Assembly: GCA_038087875.1 (NCBI GenBank)
Contig: CM075988.1
Location: 2,108,001 to 2,172,000, forward strand
Source of the DNA: Malacoraja senta
Taxonomy: Eukaryota
Reading direction: 5' to 3'
Length of the DNA stretch: 64,000 nucleotides
The stretch's first letter is position 1. Each line of letters starts with the position of its first letter. A model generated the notes under the pieces. That model was not told the DNA's origin, did no database searches, and saw only the letters and a program-made list of their open reading frames with translations. This document shows positions 1 to 11,865 of this stretch, piece by piece. Made by a program: the position numbers and the translations under genes.

Positions 1-344
1 ATGGTGCAACAAAATCGTAGAAGCCAACTGTTTCAGGATTGGGTGAGGGATGGTCAAGAATATAGATAATGATCTTCTTAATCTCTTACTTTCTACTCTT
101 TCTCTCTCTATCTTCTTTTCTTCATTTTTCTTCTTTCACCCTTTTCTCCTTTTCACACACTATATATCACACGTTTTTCTATCTTTTATTATCTATTCTC
201 TCTTTTTCTTTTTCATTATTTTTAAAAAAAAGAAGTTATACATAAAATGTAACATGTCAATATATATTAAGCACCTTGGTGCCATATTTCTGTACTTACT
301 TCTAATAAAATTAAATTAAAAAAATTAAATTAAAAAAAAAAAAA
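1..344 (+). mobile_element. 3' end (pyrimidine-rich 3' UTR plus poly(A)) of an L1-clade LINE, inserted into the Gypsy pol region
   Basis: T/C-rich tract, then TTCTAATAAA and an A-rich tail ending at 344; same layout as the L1 tail at 25411-26057; Gypsy RT sequence begins right after the tail. Confidence 0.7.
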
Positions 345-2017
345 GGCTGGGTCCACTGGAATCTGCCAAAACAAGCTTTTGGCATCCAGAATGGAGAACA
401 CTGATGCGTTGTCTATTTGAGCAGCAATTTCCTCTACCGTTCACATAGGGTAGTTCGGGCGTGTGTTGAGGTCCCTGGGGTTGATGCAGATACAGATTTC
501 TTCATTGTTTTTTTGTTGTTGCAACCACCATGGTGGAAACCCAGTCAGATGGGTCAGTAACTTCAGCAATGACACCCAGGGAGACCATCCGCTTGAGCTC
601 ATTGTGTACTCTGCCGCACATGGCATGCAGAATACGATGTGGTGCTCAAACCACAGGAGTGACTTTGGCATCAACGGCGATGTTGTACTTGAGGGACAGC
701 TTGCCAAGCTCATCGTAAAATACTTCTCTATAGTGAGAGAGTATTTACTGAGTGGGGCCACCAGCGAGAAAGAGTTGATGGACAGTGTGGCCAAAGTAAA
801 CTAGACCTAGATCATGGCATACATTGATACCAACCAGAGTTTCAGAATTCCCCTTGACTATATAAAACCTCAGGGTGTGAGACTGTGAGTCTATGATGCA
901 GTTTAAGTCAGTTTCTCCAACCGGTTTTAGAACATCACCCCCATAGGCCCGTAGTGTGTCCGAGGCCTTTTCAACATGTTCAGCATTACGGGGTTTTTTA
1001 AACACAGATAATGAGATGACAGTACATTTCAATCCGGTATCAATCTTAGCGATCACAGGCTTGTTATTTACAAACATGGTTACCTCAGGGTCAAGTTGCT
1101 CGTTAGAGGAAGGGAGGAGGGAGTGGATGGCTGAACTGTTATCTGCACTTGCGGAGAGCTGAGCAGGGGATAGCTCATCAAGCTCTTGGCTTTCATTATC
1201 AGCGTTGTAACAGGTACAAACTCATCCTTGGGACGGATTGAGTCACACGGGAACGGCAACATTTTGCAAAGTGGTTACATTTCTTGCAGAAATTGCAAAT
1301 ATCACCATAAGCAATACAGAACTCCCGACCCAGAGCATGAGAATAGTTACAATTAGGACATCGAGCAGCAGACCTTCTCTGCTGCCAGGCAGGGGAAGGC
1401 TGCGGATGCTTGTTACAACAGGACATGTCTGTAAGGTTACCACTATACTGGGAGTGCAGCCCAGAGATCACAGACTTAGTGTGAGCAGCCGTTATCTCAG
1501 CAATCCGACAGGCGTGTTTGGTTTGATTTAGAGTCAGTTCAGTGTTACGAAGTAATTTGTCCATCACCTTGTCATTGAGCATACCTCCAACGGGTTTGTT
1601 GCAGATCAGTTCATCGCATAAATCTTGAAAATGACAGTGCGCAGCCATGTGTTTCAAGTCGCTGATACTCTACTTGCTCGCCAACTTGTTGCTTACGAGC
1701 AAAAAACGTTTTACTTTCGCTAACCATTTGTGTCTAAAAGAGCAGGCTCAAAAGTAAAATGGTCTGCATGTTTCATTGCCTCAGGACCAGCCAGGTTTAG
1801 TAGCACAGAAGCACGTATATCTGGAGGATCGATGCGATGAACTATGCAAATGTAGTGAATGTAGTTGCGCTCGAAAAAGCACCAGCGTTCAGCAATGTCA
1901 GAGTCAAAGATCAGAGGACTAGGACGGCGAGACGGGTTTGCCATGATAGAGATAACAGGCACATGAAACAAATATAAAAAACAAAACCCGATAAACTTGA
2001 ACGGAGTAGGTAAGACT

Positions 2018-2032
2018 CACTTCTTGACACCA
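2018..2032 (-). promoter_or_regulatory. Primer-binding site, tRNA-Leu-like
   Basis: TGGTGTCAAGAAGTG directly after the LTR end ...TTACA on the minus strand; matches the usual Leu PBS TGGTGTCAGAAGTG with one extra base. Confidence 0.75.
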
Positions 2033-2109
2033 TGTAATGAGTCGAGTCATACACACGTCAAGATACAACACATATTTATTAAAGTCCACACAGCATTGGA
2101 ATGCAGGAC

Positions 2110-5100
2110 ATTTTACTTCGGAGTCACATGAGTGACTACGTGAATAGAAGCCCGTCAGCCCGCATGCGCGTCATTACGTCTAGCGCGTTGCGCGACGACT
2201 GACTGGCAGGCGCGCTGCTCCTTCCAGCGGTAAGTTTAAACCTGAAGGTAAGTTTTAAACTTATTCCCAGGTTATGTTTTTCTATTGCAGGAATCTCTGC
2301 TTACAGAGTTTTCCTGCTGAATTTCGGGGCAAAGTCCGGACGGGCCACGGGGGAACCTTTATGGACCGCGGGGAACCTCAGTCACGGACCGCAGGGAATC
2401 CCGGTCATGACCTCGGGGAATCCCGGCCACGGACCGCGGGGAACCCGCTACTGAGACCGCGGTGTGCGGGTAGCGGGCGGCGGTCGAATTGGCCTTTCGA
2501 GTCGCTGGCGGTGGAGCCAGCGGCTTCAGACTGGTGCCGGTAGCACCTAGGCAACCCCGCTTGAGGAGTGGAGCGTAGGGAAGAGGCTCGTTGACTCAAA
2601 CGAGTCGGGCCAGGAGGATTCCTGATGGAGAGGATCCCCTCCTTCAATGGGTAACGTCTTTGAACGTTCTAACCCACATGGAGCACCTGATGGAGAGGTG
2701 CTCCACAATGATATGCTCCAAAGGCGGGAGTTATATCACCGCGGGTCTCCTCGGGGCCCACGGCAATGGCACCTGTTACAAGGCTGCACTATGTCTCTCT
2801 CTCTGAGGAGGGGAGCATTTGGGGTCAGTTCCTGTCTGACAGAGCAAAAATCCTGATATAGGTCCGTAGGAGGGGCCATGACAGCGCAGGTATCCTCAGG
2901 GGCCTGCGGCAGCACCTGTTTTCAGGGCTGCCTACGAATCTCCCTCTCTGTGGAGGGGAGTGCGAGGAATACTCGCAGGCGAAGGGGTTACTGACGGTAG
3001 AATTGGTTCCAGCCATTGGCAGAATATCCGGAAGGGGCCAGAGTTCCCCTCACGGCAGTGAACAGCGCTATCAGGGGTGACATTGGAGGAAATGAAACCA
3101 GCCGCCGAATCTTCTCTTCAGGTAAAAACTTATCCAGCAGGTATACCTGGATGAGGAAGCAAAAGCTGGTGGACTGATCAAGGTACCAACGTTCATCGTA
3201 TCGGCGACGACATACCCCATGCCTCATCGGTAGTAAGCAGTTCACTGAAACTGGTGGCAGCTTGAAAGCTGGGCAGAGGCCTTTCAGGCCAAGGTCCAAA
3301 CCGGTCTCAGGAAATATGGAATCCACATACACTACCATTCCTACTCTCCAATCAAGGACGGGAATAGAACCCATATCAGGGGCCGTTGGGCTTACCATAG
3401 ACCACCGGTAACCATGGAGGTAGGTGGGTCTGGTTCTTCCAAAACATGGAGTAAGTGGACCATTTACAAGTTGGTAATATTTACAATTGTTTTTGTACAA
3501 AAGACTATGATAACATGAGATTCAGATCAGTTATATACTAAATTGATAACATGAGATTCGGTTATTATTGCACAGTATACGAAGGTACCAAGCTTGGCTT
3601 GGAATTGGGGCCATAGTTGTCTTTCGAGGCGGGCTCAGTGTTATGGCCAGGATTGCCTTTTGAGACAGGCTCGGGAATCTGGCCAGCGTTGCCATTCAAG
3701 GCAGGCACGGAATTATGGCAGGCGTGGCCTGATCATTGTGAAAGATGGAGGATGTCGTTTCATAATTGATTTAACTCGCATGTGCAACATAGATTTTTCA
3801 GTATATGAAACTTCGTTACTTTCTAACAAACTGATTTCCTTAGGATCTTTATGGCATGCATCGATTTCAAAGATGCATATTATTCAGGTCCCATTCACAG
3901 GGATCCCAGGAGACATTTTGAATTTATCTGGATGGGGCAATGATAACAGTTAATGCATTGCAAATGGGCTACTTCAGCTCCCAGGTCATCTACCAAATTA
4001 CTAAACCGGTGGTGGGACTGCTCAGAGCTCAAAAACACTTGTTATGGCTTAGCTGGATGATATTCTAAATGCTGTGTTTTGCTAGAATCAACTGTTTCAG
4101 CCGCAACTATATTTGAGAAATTGAGGTTCCTCATCCATCCAGTTAAATTTAAGTTGATATCAACTACATTTATTGATTATTTGGTTTTACCTTTAACTAT
4201 TAATTTATCTGTGACTCTGCCCTGGGGCAAGAGATTGGAATCAATAGAAGCCTGTAACAACCTTGTTATCAAGCAGTCTTCTAATCATCAAGTGTAATTG
4301 GCAATATAGCAGCTGTGTTTCAGCTGTGCAATTGGGCCTTTGCATTATCAGAACTTACAACGTGCAAAGTAGTAACCTCTCAAGTACCATATAGGTCATT
4401 GTTAACAGACCTATGCTATTACCAGCTGAAGCCACGAAAGTCACTATGGTGGACGAACAATATTCAGCATTGCTCCAGTAGTTTTGGTCAATAAATCTTC
4501 AGTTATATTACAGACTGATGCTAGTGCTCAAGGATGGAAAATTACGAATGCCATCTCTAGTTACGGAGGCGGATGGGATTTGCATGAATTACCCATTCTT
4601 CAGTTATTGGTATCAACTACCTATAGACACTAGGTGCATACTATGAGTTAAAGGGTTATTGTGCAGATATGCATGATCTGCATGCTCAATTCCAGGTTGA
4701 TACACTGTGGTGGTGGCATATGTTGGTCACATGGATGCAATCAAGCCAAAGTATCCTGTCATAATTTACCCAACTTTATTTGGCGCTGCTGTATCATCAC
4801 GTAAAATCAATGGCAACACAGAATGGATGTTGGATCACAAAGTATTTTATGACATTATGGCTCGATGGAACACCGAATATCGATATGTTTGCATCCAGGC
4901 TCATTCACCGGTTGTAAAGACATGTGGCATCACAGTGGCGAGAGATACATTCTCGCTACACGGGGGAAGAATGTTTTTTATGTCGTTGCTCCATTTTGCC
5001 TCATCAGTCGGGTCTTGCAATAAATTCAGCAAAATCTCGCTTCAGAGTTTTCGTACTGTCTGACTGGCCTATGTAGCCATAGTTTCCCGCAAATGTTGGG

Positions 5101-6678
5101 AATTATAGTAGAACATTATATGGGTTTTCTAAACATAAAACTTTGCAGGTTCAGCCTGGGACTGGGGAAACCAGCCTCTGCATGATTAATCAATTCATTG
5201 CCTTACAGAATCTGAGAACACAGCTCCTGCGGCTTGGGTTGTCAGACCGATCCATATTGGTGCTCACTGCAGAGTGCAGGGATAGCACCAAAAAGGCAGA
5301 AAATTTCTTCAGGAGATGGGAAGCGTTCTGTTTAAATGCTATATTACATTTAATACGGCATGAACACTGGCGTCTTAGAGTTCATTTTCAATGTGCCCTT
5401 GACAATAAATTAAGTTATGGTCCTATTAACTGTGCCCAACGTGCTTTCTCATCATATTTGCTGCAGCGAGCGGGACCCGCTCTGTCGGGTCTAACCCTCT
5501 GATATCCAGTTTATTAAGGATATCTTTACACGTTCTCCCAGACCCAAGTACACGGTAGTATGGGATATTGACATTGTGTTAACACTACTTCACCAGGGGG
5601 TTCCAGCTATATCCCTATCTTTGGCTCGGCTCAAATAAGGTAGTTATCCCTTGGTGCTGTTCTCAGGTCCAGTCATCACATAATTTGCGACTGGACAGGA
5701 TGGTTATACCTGCTAACAATATAATATTTCATGATTACGATTTAGTTAAGCAGGGCAGCCCAGGGGTGTCAGGTCTCAAACTAGTTCTCATGGCTTACCC
5801 CATGCACCTTCGGTTGTGTGGTCACACATTTACAACATTACATCCAGGTCACCTCAAGCCTTAGAGGCTCTCATACTAGCTATGTTTGTTAGTTACTAAA
5901 AACCTCATAAGAAGGTATCAGTTCAGACCATCTCCAGGTGGTTAAAACAGGGTTTTGGCTTATACAGGAGTAGATACTAATTTTCTAATCTCACTCCACC
6001 AGGGCTACTACAACATCAGCAGTAGGGTTATGTACGGTCCTCTGGACCACATCCTGCCGACTGCAGGATGGTCTAACGAACAAGTTTCCAAACATTTTAT
6101 TTTAACCCATTGCCAGACCAGGGGTATTTGCCAACTCTATTTTAGGTTCTATTTTATAGTTTCCCCCCGGATGAGAGGGGTTACTATTATTATTATTTGT
6201 TCATTTATCAGCATCAGCATGTTTTAAATCTATGTCATGTCTGTATGCATTATGAATGTTTCCCTTATCTGTGGTCAACTGATGCAGTCGTGCTTGTGTG
6301 GACTCGTTTTTCCACGGCATGAAATCACAGAGCTTCAAAATCTTCACGTAGTTACTCACGTGACTCCGAAGTAAAATAGTAAGATTAAACGAGAACTTAC
6401 CAGTTTGAAGTTTGATCTTTATTTTATGAGGAGTTACGATGAGCGATTACGTGCCCTCCGCTCTGACCCTCGTATCATAAAGATCATCTGGTAGTTCTAG
6501 TCATCTCTAATCTTACTATGTTAGTTCAACAACTGTTATCTGTGATTACACACCGCTGCTTTGAAGATTGACGCGCATGCGGGCTGACGGGCTTCTATTC
6601 ATGTAATCACTCATCGTAACTCCTCATAAAATAAAGATCAAACTTCAAACTGGTAAGTTCTCATTTAATCTTACTATT
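2110..6678 (+). mobile_element. DIRS1-type tyrosine-recombinase retrotransposon, copy A; structurally complete, coding regions decayed
   Basis: Left ITR ~2129-2172 is the reverse complement of right ITR ~6569-6613; ICR 6343-6453 is complementary to both termini; remnants of RT (FIIDLTR, LRFLIHP), RNase H (QTDASAQGW) and YR (HSTRA, ILPTAGWS). Confidence 0.93.
6343..6453 (+). repeat. DIRS internal complementary region (ICR), copy A
   Basis: TTCACGTAG...CCGAAGTAAAA is the reverse complement of the 5' end (2111-2144) and is fused to TAGTAAGATTAAA...GATTACGTG, the reverse complement of the 3' end (6600-6676). Confidence 0.92.
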
Positions 6679-6819
6679 TCAGTAACTAGCAGTTACTCAG
6701 ACTGAATTACATAAGCAAGCTCTTGGTAATATAAATCGCATAATAGGCGGAGCTACTACTGACAAGCACTACAATTGGTTAGTAGGAAATAACCAAACTA
6801 CGGGATGGACTATTTCCAT

Positions 6820-7995
6820 CCCAGAGCCTTTACCTGAACTATGGATGATTTCAGACCTTTACTTGGCCCATTGCTGCTGCATCAGTTTACCTGTACTATT
6901 GTTGCTCCCAGTAATTTTTCTTGGAATATTGACAATCGCAGTCTTTACTTGGAGAACTGCTGTTCCCAGTGGGAGCACTGTTGTTCGCGATCACTTTAAC
7001 CGGAATCACTTTAACCGCGATCACTTTAACCCTGCCACTAACATTGCCTGCACTCAGACTCACTCTGAGCCTCAGTTTTTAATTTTAGATATATAACATG
7101 GAAATAGGCCCTTCGGCCCACCGGGTCTAGGCCGATCATCAATCACCCTTACCGTAGTGTTATTTTATCCCACTTTCACATCCTACACCCTAAATGCGAT
7201 TTACAGAGGCCAATTAACCTACAAACCTGCACATATTTGGAATGTGGGAGGATACCAGAGCACCTGCAGGAATCCCACACATTCACAGGGCAACATACAA
7301 ACTCCGTAGAGCCAGCACCCGAGATCAGGATCGAACCCGTGACTCTGGCGCTGTAAGGCAACAGCACTACCGCTGCACCACTGTGCTGGTCCTCATCATT
7401 ATACTTGGAAAATTGCAACTTGCACTTTTTCAACCTACGATTGTGTACCATGTCAACACTGTGGTATGCAGGATCACAAACAATGAGGTTTAGTGCAGAT
7501 TGGAGATAGAGAGTTTAGTAACATGGCATCAAGCCAACCTCTCCCTCAATCTCTTTACCTGCAGCATTGCTGCTCTCATGTTCACTACCTGGAATAAAGC
7601 AATCTCAGACCATTTACCCAGAGTATTACAGTTCCCAGTTGCTTTGCTGGAATATTCTAATCATTTACTTGGAGTACTCCCACTATCAATCCCTTTACCT
7701 GGCATTTTGCACCTCCCAACCACTCTAACTGGAGTAGTGCCACATAATTCCCTTCACTTGGAGTATTGCTCCCAAGCAATATGCTGAGTTCAATCCATTT
7801 AGTTGATTTTTTTATTACCATTCTTTGTACCTGTAACTCTCACATCACCTTTGCCTCGTGCACTGTTGCTCCAATTTTCTAAACCTGAAGTACTATTGGT
7901 CTGACTGTTCACACATAGTATTGCACATACCGTTCACTTTACCTGCAATACTTCCACTCCAATTCTTTTTGCCCAATTTCTTTACCTGACATTTT
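6820..7995. repeat. Old degenerate ~30-bp tandem repeat (approx. CCTTTACCTGGAGTATTGCTGCTCCCA...), interrupted at ~7085-7545
   Basis: (C/T)TTTAC(C/T)TG-like cores at about 30-bp spacing: 7551, 7581, 7611, 7661, 7691, 7721, 7751, and also 6828, 6857, 6886, 6943. Confidence 0.6.
7090..7390 (-). mobile_element. tRNA-derived SINE (HE1/V-SINE-like) with CR1-type tail
   Basis: Minus strand begins CAGCACAGTGGTGCAGCGGTAG (A box) ... GGGTTCGATCC (B box); tail GGGCCGAAGGGCCTATTTC resembles CR1 3' ends. Confidence 0.8.
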
Positions 7996-7999
7996 GGAG

Positions 8000-8225
8000 C
8001 CATAGTCATAAAGCACAGAAACAGGCCATTCAGCCCAAATTGTCCATGCTGATCAAGATGATCCATCTAAGCCAGCCCATATATCTCTAAACCTTTCCTC
8101 TCCATATACTCATCCAAAGGTCTCTCAAATGTTTCTGCCTCAGCTTCTTTCTCTGGCAGCCCATTCCATATACCCAACAAGTTGTTCCTCAAGTTCTTAT
8201 TAAAACTTTCCCTTTCTTGCCTTAA
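8000..8225 (-). mobile_element. CR1 LINE 3' fragment, degenerate
   Basis: Similar to the CR1 3' ends at 11866-12130 and 37760-38010. Confidence 0.65.
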
Positions 8226-8247
8226 AGAGATAAAGTTTGCTGTTTCA

Positions 8248-8680
8248 GATTAGATAGCCCTTTATTGTCATTCAGACCGAAGTCTGAACGAAATTGCAAC
8301 AGTCATACATAAAACAACAATAAACACATATTAACATCCACCACAGTGAGTCCACCCAACATCTCCTCACTGTGATGGAGGCAAAAGTCTTAGGTCTGCA
8401 GTCTCTTCCCTCCTCTTCTCCCTCTGCGCTGAGGCGATACCCCCCGGGCGATGTTTCCCGCGGCTCAAACACCGCGGCCCGGGGTGGTCGAAGCTGCCGC
8501 CCACCAGTCCTGCAGACGCAGACGCTGGCCCGCGGCCGAACCCCGGACTCAGGCCACCACCGCCAGAACACCGTCCCAGCCACTCTCACGTGAGTACCGT
8601 GCCGTCTTCAGCCTCGGGCTGGGCCGCCCTGACATGGGCGCCGAACCTCCCCCGATATCAGGAATGCTACCGATGCCAAT
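8248..8680 (-). mobile_element. GC-rich non-autonomous retroposon-like repeat with a TTTATTGTCA...ACATCCACCACAG end (related copies 45557-46186, 52670-53180, 63290-63740)
   Basis: Shared motifs TTTATTG(T/G)CA, AACATCCACCACAG and GTG(A/G)TGGA(A/G)GG in four places, each followed by a CpG-rich body. Confidence 0.6.
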
Positions 8681-8681
8681 T

Positions 8682-9279
8682 CTCATTATCAACACACTCA
8701 AAGCTCCCTCAGGGATCATCTCTGTGAAAGGAGCAGGGTGACTGGGGTGGTGGGCAATTTATGTGCGTACCACGCTGGGCAGATGGGAGAAACAGAGTAG
8801 GCTTTTGAGAGAAATTGGAGGATTTTACGTTCATACCATTTGGTTGCAAGCTTTCCAAGTGGAATATGAGGTGTTCCTCCAGTTTGCATGTGGTCTCACT
8901 CTGGCAATGAAGGAGTCCACACATGATGTGGCCTCATTTACATCGGAGCATACATATGGTGACCATCTTGCCTTTGTTCGCCCAGCTCTTGTTTTCTAAT
9001 CATTTTAACTCCCATTCCCTTGTCAACTTCTCTGTCCTTGGCCTCCTCCATTGCCAGAGTGAGACCACATGCAAACTGGAGGAACAGCACCTCATATTCC
9101 ACTTGGAAAGCTCACAACTAAATGGTATGAACGTAAAATCCTCCAATTTCTCCCCAAACCCTACTCTGTTTCTCCCATCTGCCCAGCGTGGTACGCACAT
9201 AAATTGTCCACCACCCCAGTCACCCTGCTCCTTTCACAGAGATGATCCCTGACGGAGCTCTGAGTGTGTTGATCATGAG
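8682..9279. repeat. Long inverted repeat (arms 8682-8915 and 9043-9279) containing Penelope GIY-YIG C-terminal sequence
   Basis: Arms are reverse complements with scattered mismatches; both encode CQSETTCKLEE(Q)HLIFHLES on opposite strands. Confidence 0.9.
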
Positions 9280-9683
9280 TTGGTTCTCCCGGTTAAGCAT
9301 AGCCAGATTAAGGCAAGCAGTAGCAATTCTGTCAAAGATTGGGTTGAAAGTGAACCCCATTTGGCATTTAGCAGAAGTTAGCATTGAATGGATATAGACA
9401 GGATTATGCTGTTGCTGTTCACATTGAGTCCTCGTGTATGTGAGACTGGCTGCTGACATGAGGCTTGGAATCGGTACCTGGGAATTTAAAAGCAGACGCT
9501 CATATTATCCTTAGAATGGAGGAGAGGTTGGATCAAGGAAGATCCCTTCATGGGACCATCTAGTTCCCAACAGCTTAAAATGACATAAGCTGGCCAACAT
9601 ATGTGAGAAGGAAGGAAGGACACTGGGAGACACTGTACAGTGACTGGTTGTAGATCCTGAGATTACAAATTAATATGTGGAGA

Positions 9684-10456
9684 CAGGGGCGGAAATCACT
9701 ATCAAAACATTGGGGGGGAACACAATTTCCTGGTGGCTGCACGCGCACACACACACGCGAGGCTTCGGCTGTGAGCCCTGTGGACGATAACATCGGGAGC
9801 TGACCTGGTTGGTGACCGACTCCGAACTGCAGCAACAGCAGTTTCATCCGCCCCGAATCGTGGGGCTTCAATCGGCTCGTTCGCGGGGCCTTTCATCGCC
9901 TGGCACATCTTAAAACCGGCCGTGGGATCTTCCATCACCCGGCAGGGGCTTCAACATCGGGAGCCTCGATCGCCACGACGCAGCAATTTGACCGCTGGGC
10001 GGTGGAAGATCCCGTGGCCGATTTTAAGCCGTGCTGGGCTGGGCGATGAAAGGCCCCGCGAATGGGCCAATTCATGCTCCGCTCTGTGATCTTTGCTCCA
10101 CCAGGACGTCTCCCTCCTCCTATCACTGCGCTCTATCCTCAGTCCCACCTCCCCTACTTCCGCCTCTGACCAACACCTCCCTCCTCCATTCATCGCACTG
10201 AATCATCATGTCCCGCCCCCCCTCACTGCCTGCTGACCGACATCTCACTCGTCCATTCGGCACCTTCGATCATCAGTCCCAACCCACTGTCTCGCGGAAA
10301 GCGGAAATTTTTAATCGTTTTTTTTTCACCAAATTTCAAAATCTGGATTACAAAATATGGGGGGGGGGGGGGGATTGACCCCCAACTCTCAAAACATGGA
10401 GGAAACGTGTCCCTGTGTGTCCTCCACCCCCCCCCCCCCTGGGATTTCTGCCCATG
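9684..10456. mobile_element. Probable non-autonomous hAT-like DNA transposon
   Basis: Imperfect TIRs CAGGGGCGGAAATC / CATGGGCAGAAATC; flanking 8-mers TGTGGAGA and TGAGGAAT match at only 5 of 8. Confidence 0.45.
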
Positions 10457-11865
10457 TGAGGAATACAGCAGTTCATGCAGCAACCAAGGAGGAAATGCAC
10501 TGACAGCATTTTGGATTGGGACCCCTCTTCAAGACCAGAGTTGAAGAAACTTGGTAAGACAAAGTAACTTGGGGAGGGGGGAGGGCTGGGAAGTTAGGAA
10601 GTGATAGGTGAATCCTGTTAAGGGAGGGGGGGGGGTAATTGGTAAATGAGTTGGAGGGGGGAGGGAAGGGTGAGATAATAACCAAGGCTGGAGGTGGGGA
10701 AGATAAAGAAACATATTAACATAGAAAATAGGTGCAGGAGGAGGCCATTTGGCCCTTCGAGCCAGCACCGCCATTCATTGTGATCATGGCTGATCGTCCC
10801 CAATCAATAACCCATGCCTACCTTCTCCCCATATCCCTTGATTCCACTAGCCCCTAGAGCTCTATCTAACTCTTAAATCCATCCAGTAATTTGGCCTCCA
10901 CTGCCCTCTGTGGCAGGGAATTCCACAAAGTCACAACTTTCTGGGTGCAAAAACCTTTTCTCACTTCAGTCCTAAATGGCCTCCCCTTTATTTTAAGACT
11001 GTGGCCCCTGGTTCTGGACTCGCCCAAAATTGGGAACATTTTTCCTGCATCTAGCCTGTCCAGTCCTTTTATAATTTTATATGTTTCTATAAGACCCCCC
11101 CTCATCCTTCTAAACTCCAGTGAATACAAGCCTAGTCTTTTCAATCTTTCCTCATATGACAGTCCCTCCATCCCAGGGATCAATCTCGTGAACCTATGCT
11201 GCACTGCCTCAATCACAAGGATGTCCTTCCTCAAATTAGGAGACCAAAACTGTACACAATACTCCAGATGTGGTCTTACCAGAGCCCTATACAACTGCAG
11301 AAGAACCTCTTTACACCGATACTGAAATCCTCTTGTTATGAAGGCCAACATTCCATTAGCTTTCTTCACTGCCTGCTGTACCCGCATGCCAACTTTCAGT
11401 GACCGGTGTACAAGGACACCCAGGTCTCACTGTACCTCCCCCTTACCTAACCTAACCCCATTGAGATAATAATCTGCCCCCTTGTTTTTGCCACCGAAGT
11501 GGATAACCTCACATTTATCTATATTATACTGCATCTGCCACGCATCTGCCCACTCACTCAACCTGTCCAGGTCACCCTGCAACCTCCTAACATCCTCTTC
11601 ACAGTTCACACTGCAACCCAGCTTTGTGTCATCCGCAAACTTGCCAGTGTTGCTCCTAATTCTCTCTTCCAAATTATTCATATATATGGTAAACAGTTGC
11701 GGCCCCAACACCGAGCCTTGCGGCACTCCACTCGCCACTGCCTGCCATTATGAAAAGGACCCGTTCACTCCTACTCTTTGCTTCCTGTCTGCCAACCAAT
11801 TTTCTATCCATGTCAACACCCTACCCCCAATATCATGTGCTCTAATTTTAGTCACCAGTCTCCCA

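Larger units (their letters stand above)
345..6764 (-). mobile_element. Gypsy/Ty3 (Mag-like) LTR retrotransposon, 5' part: LTR (split by DIRS), PBS, degenerate gag-protease-RT start
   Basis: Minus-strand gag N-terminus (1720-1971), Cys/His knuckles CPNC..H..C and CNFCKKCNHFAKCC (1199-1657), protease AKIDTG (745-1077), RT start TVEEIAAQ..VFSILDA..FWQIPVD (345-440); LTR halves 2033-2112 and 6679-6764 with TGT...ACA ends. Confidence 0.85.

Noticed and set aside
2110..6678. Ngaro/PAT-type element, or prophage integrase and methylase
   Set aside because: Repeats are inverted with an ICR (DIRS1 type), not split direct repeats; YR and MT domains are linked to RT in a eukaryotic repeat context
7300..7390. 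tRNA gene
   Set aside because: A and B boxes belong to a SINE head that continues into SINE body and CR1-like tail; no complete cloverleaf
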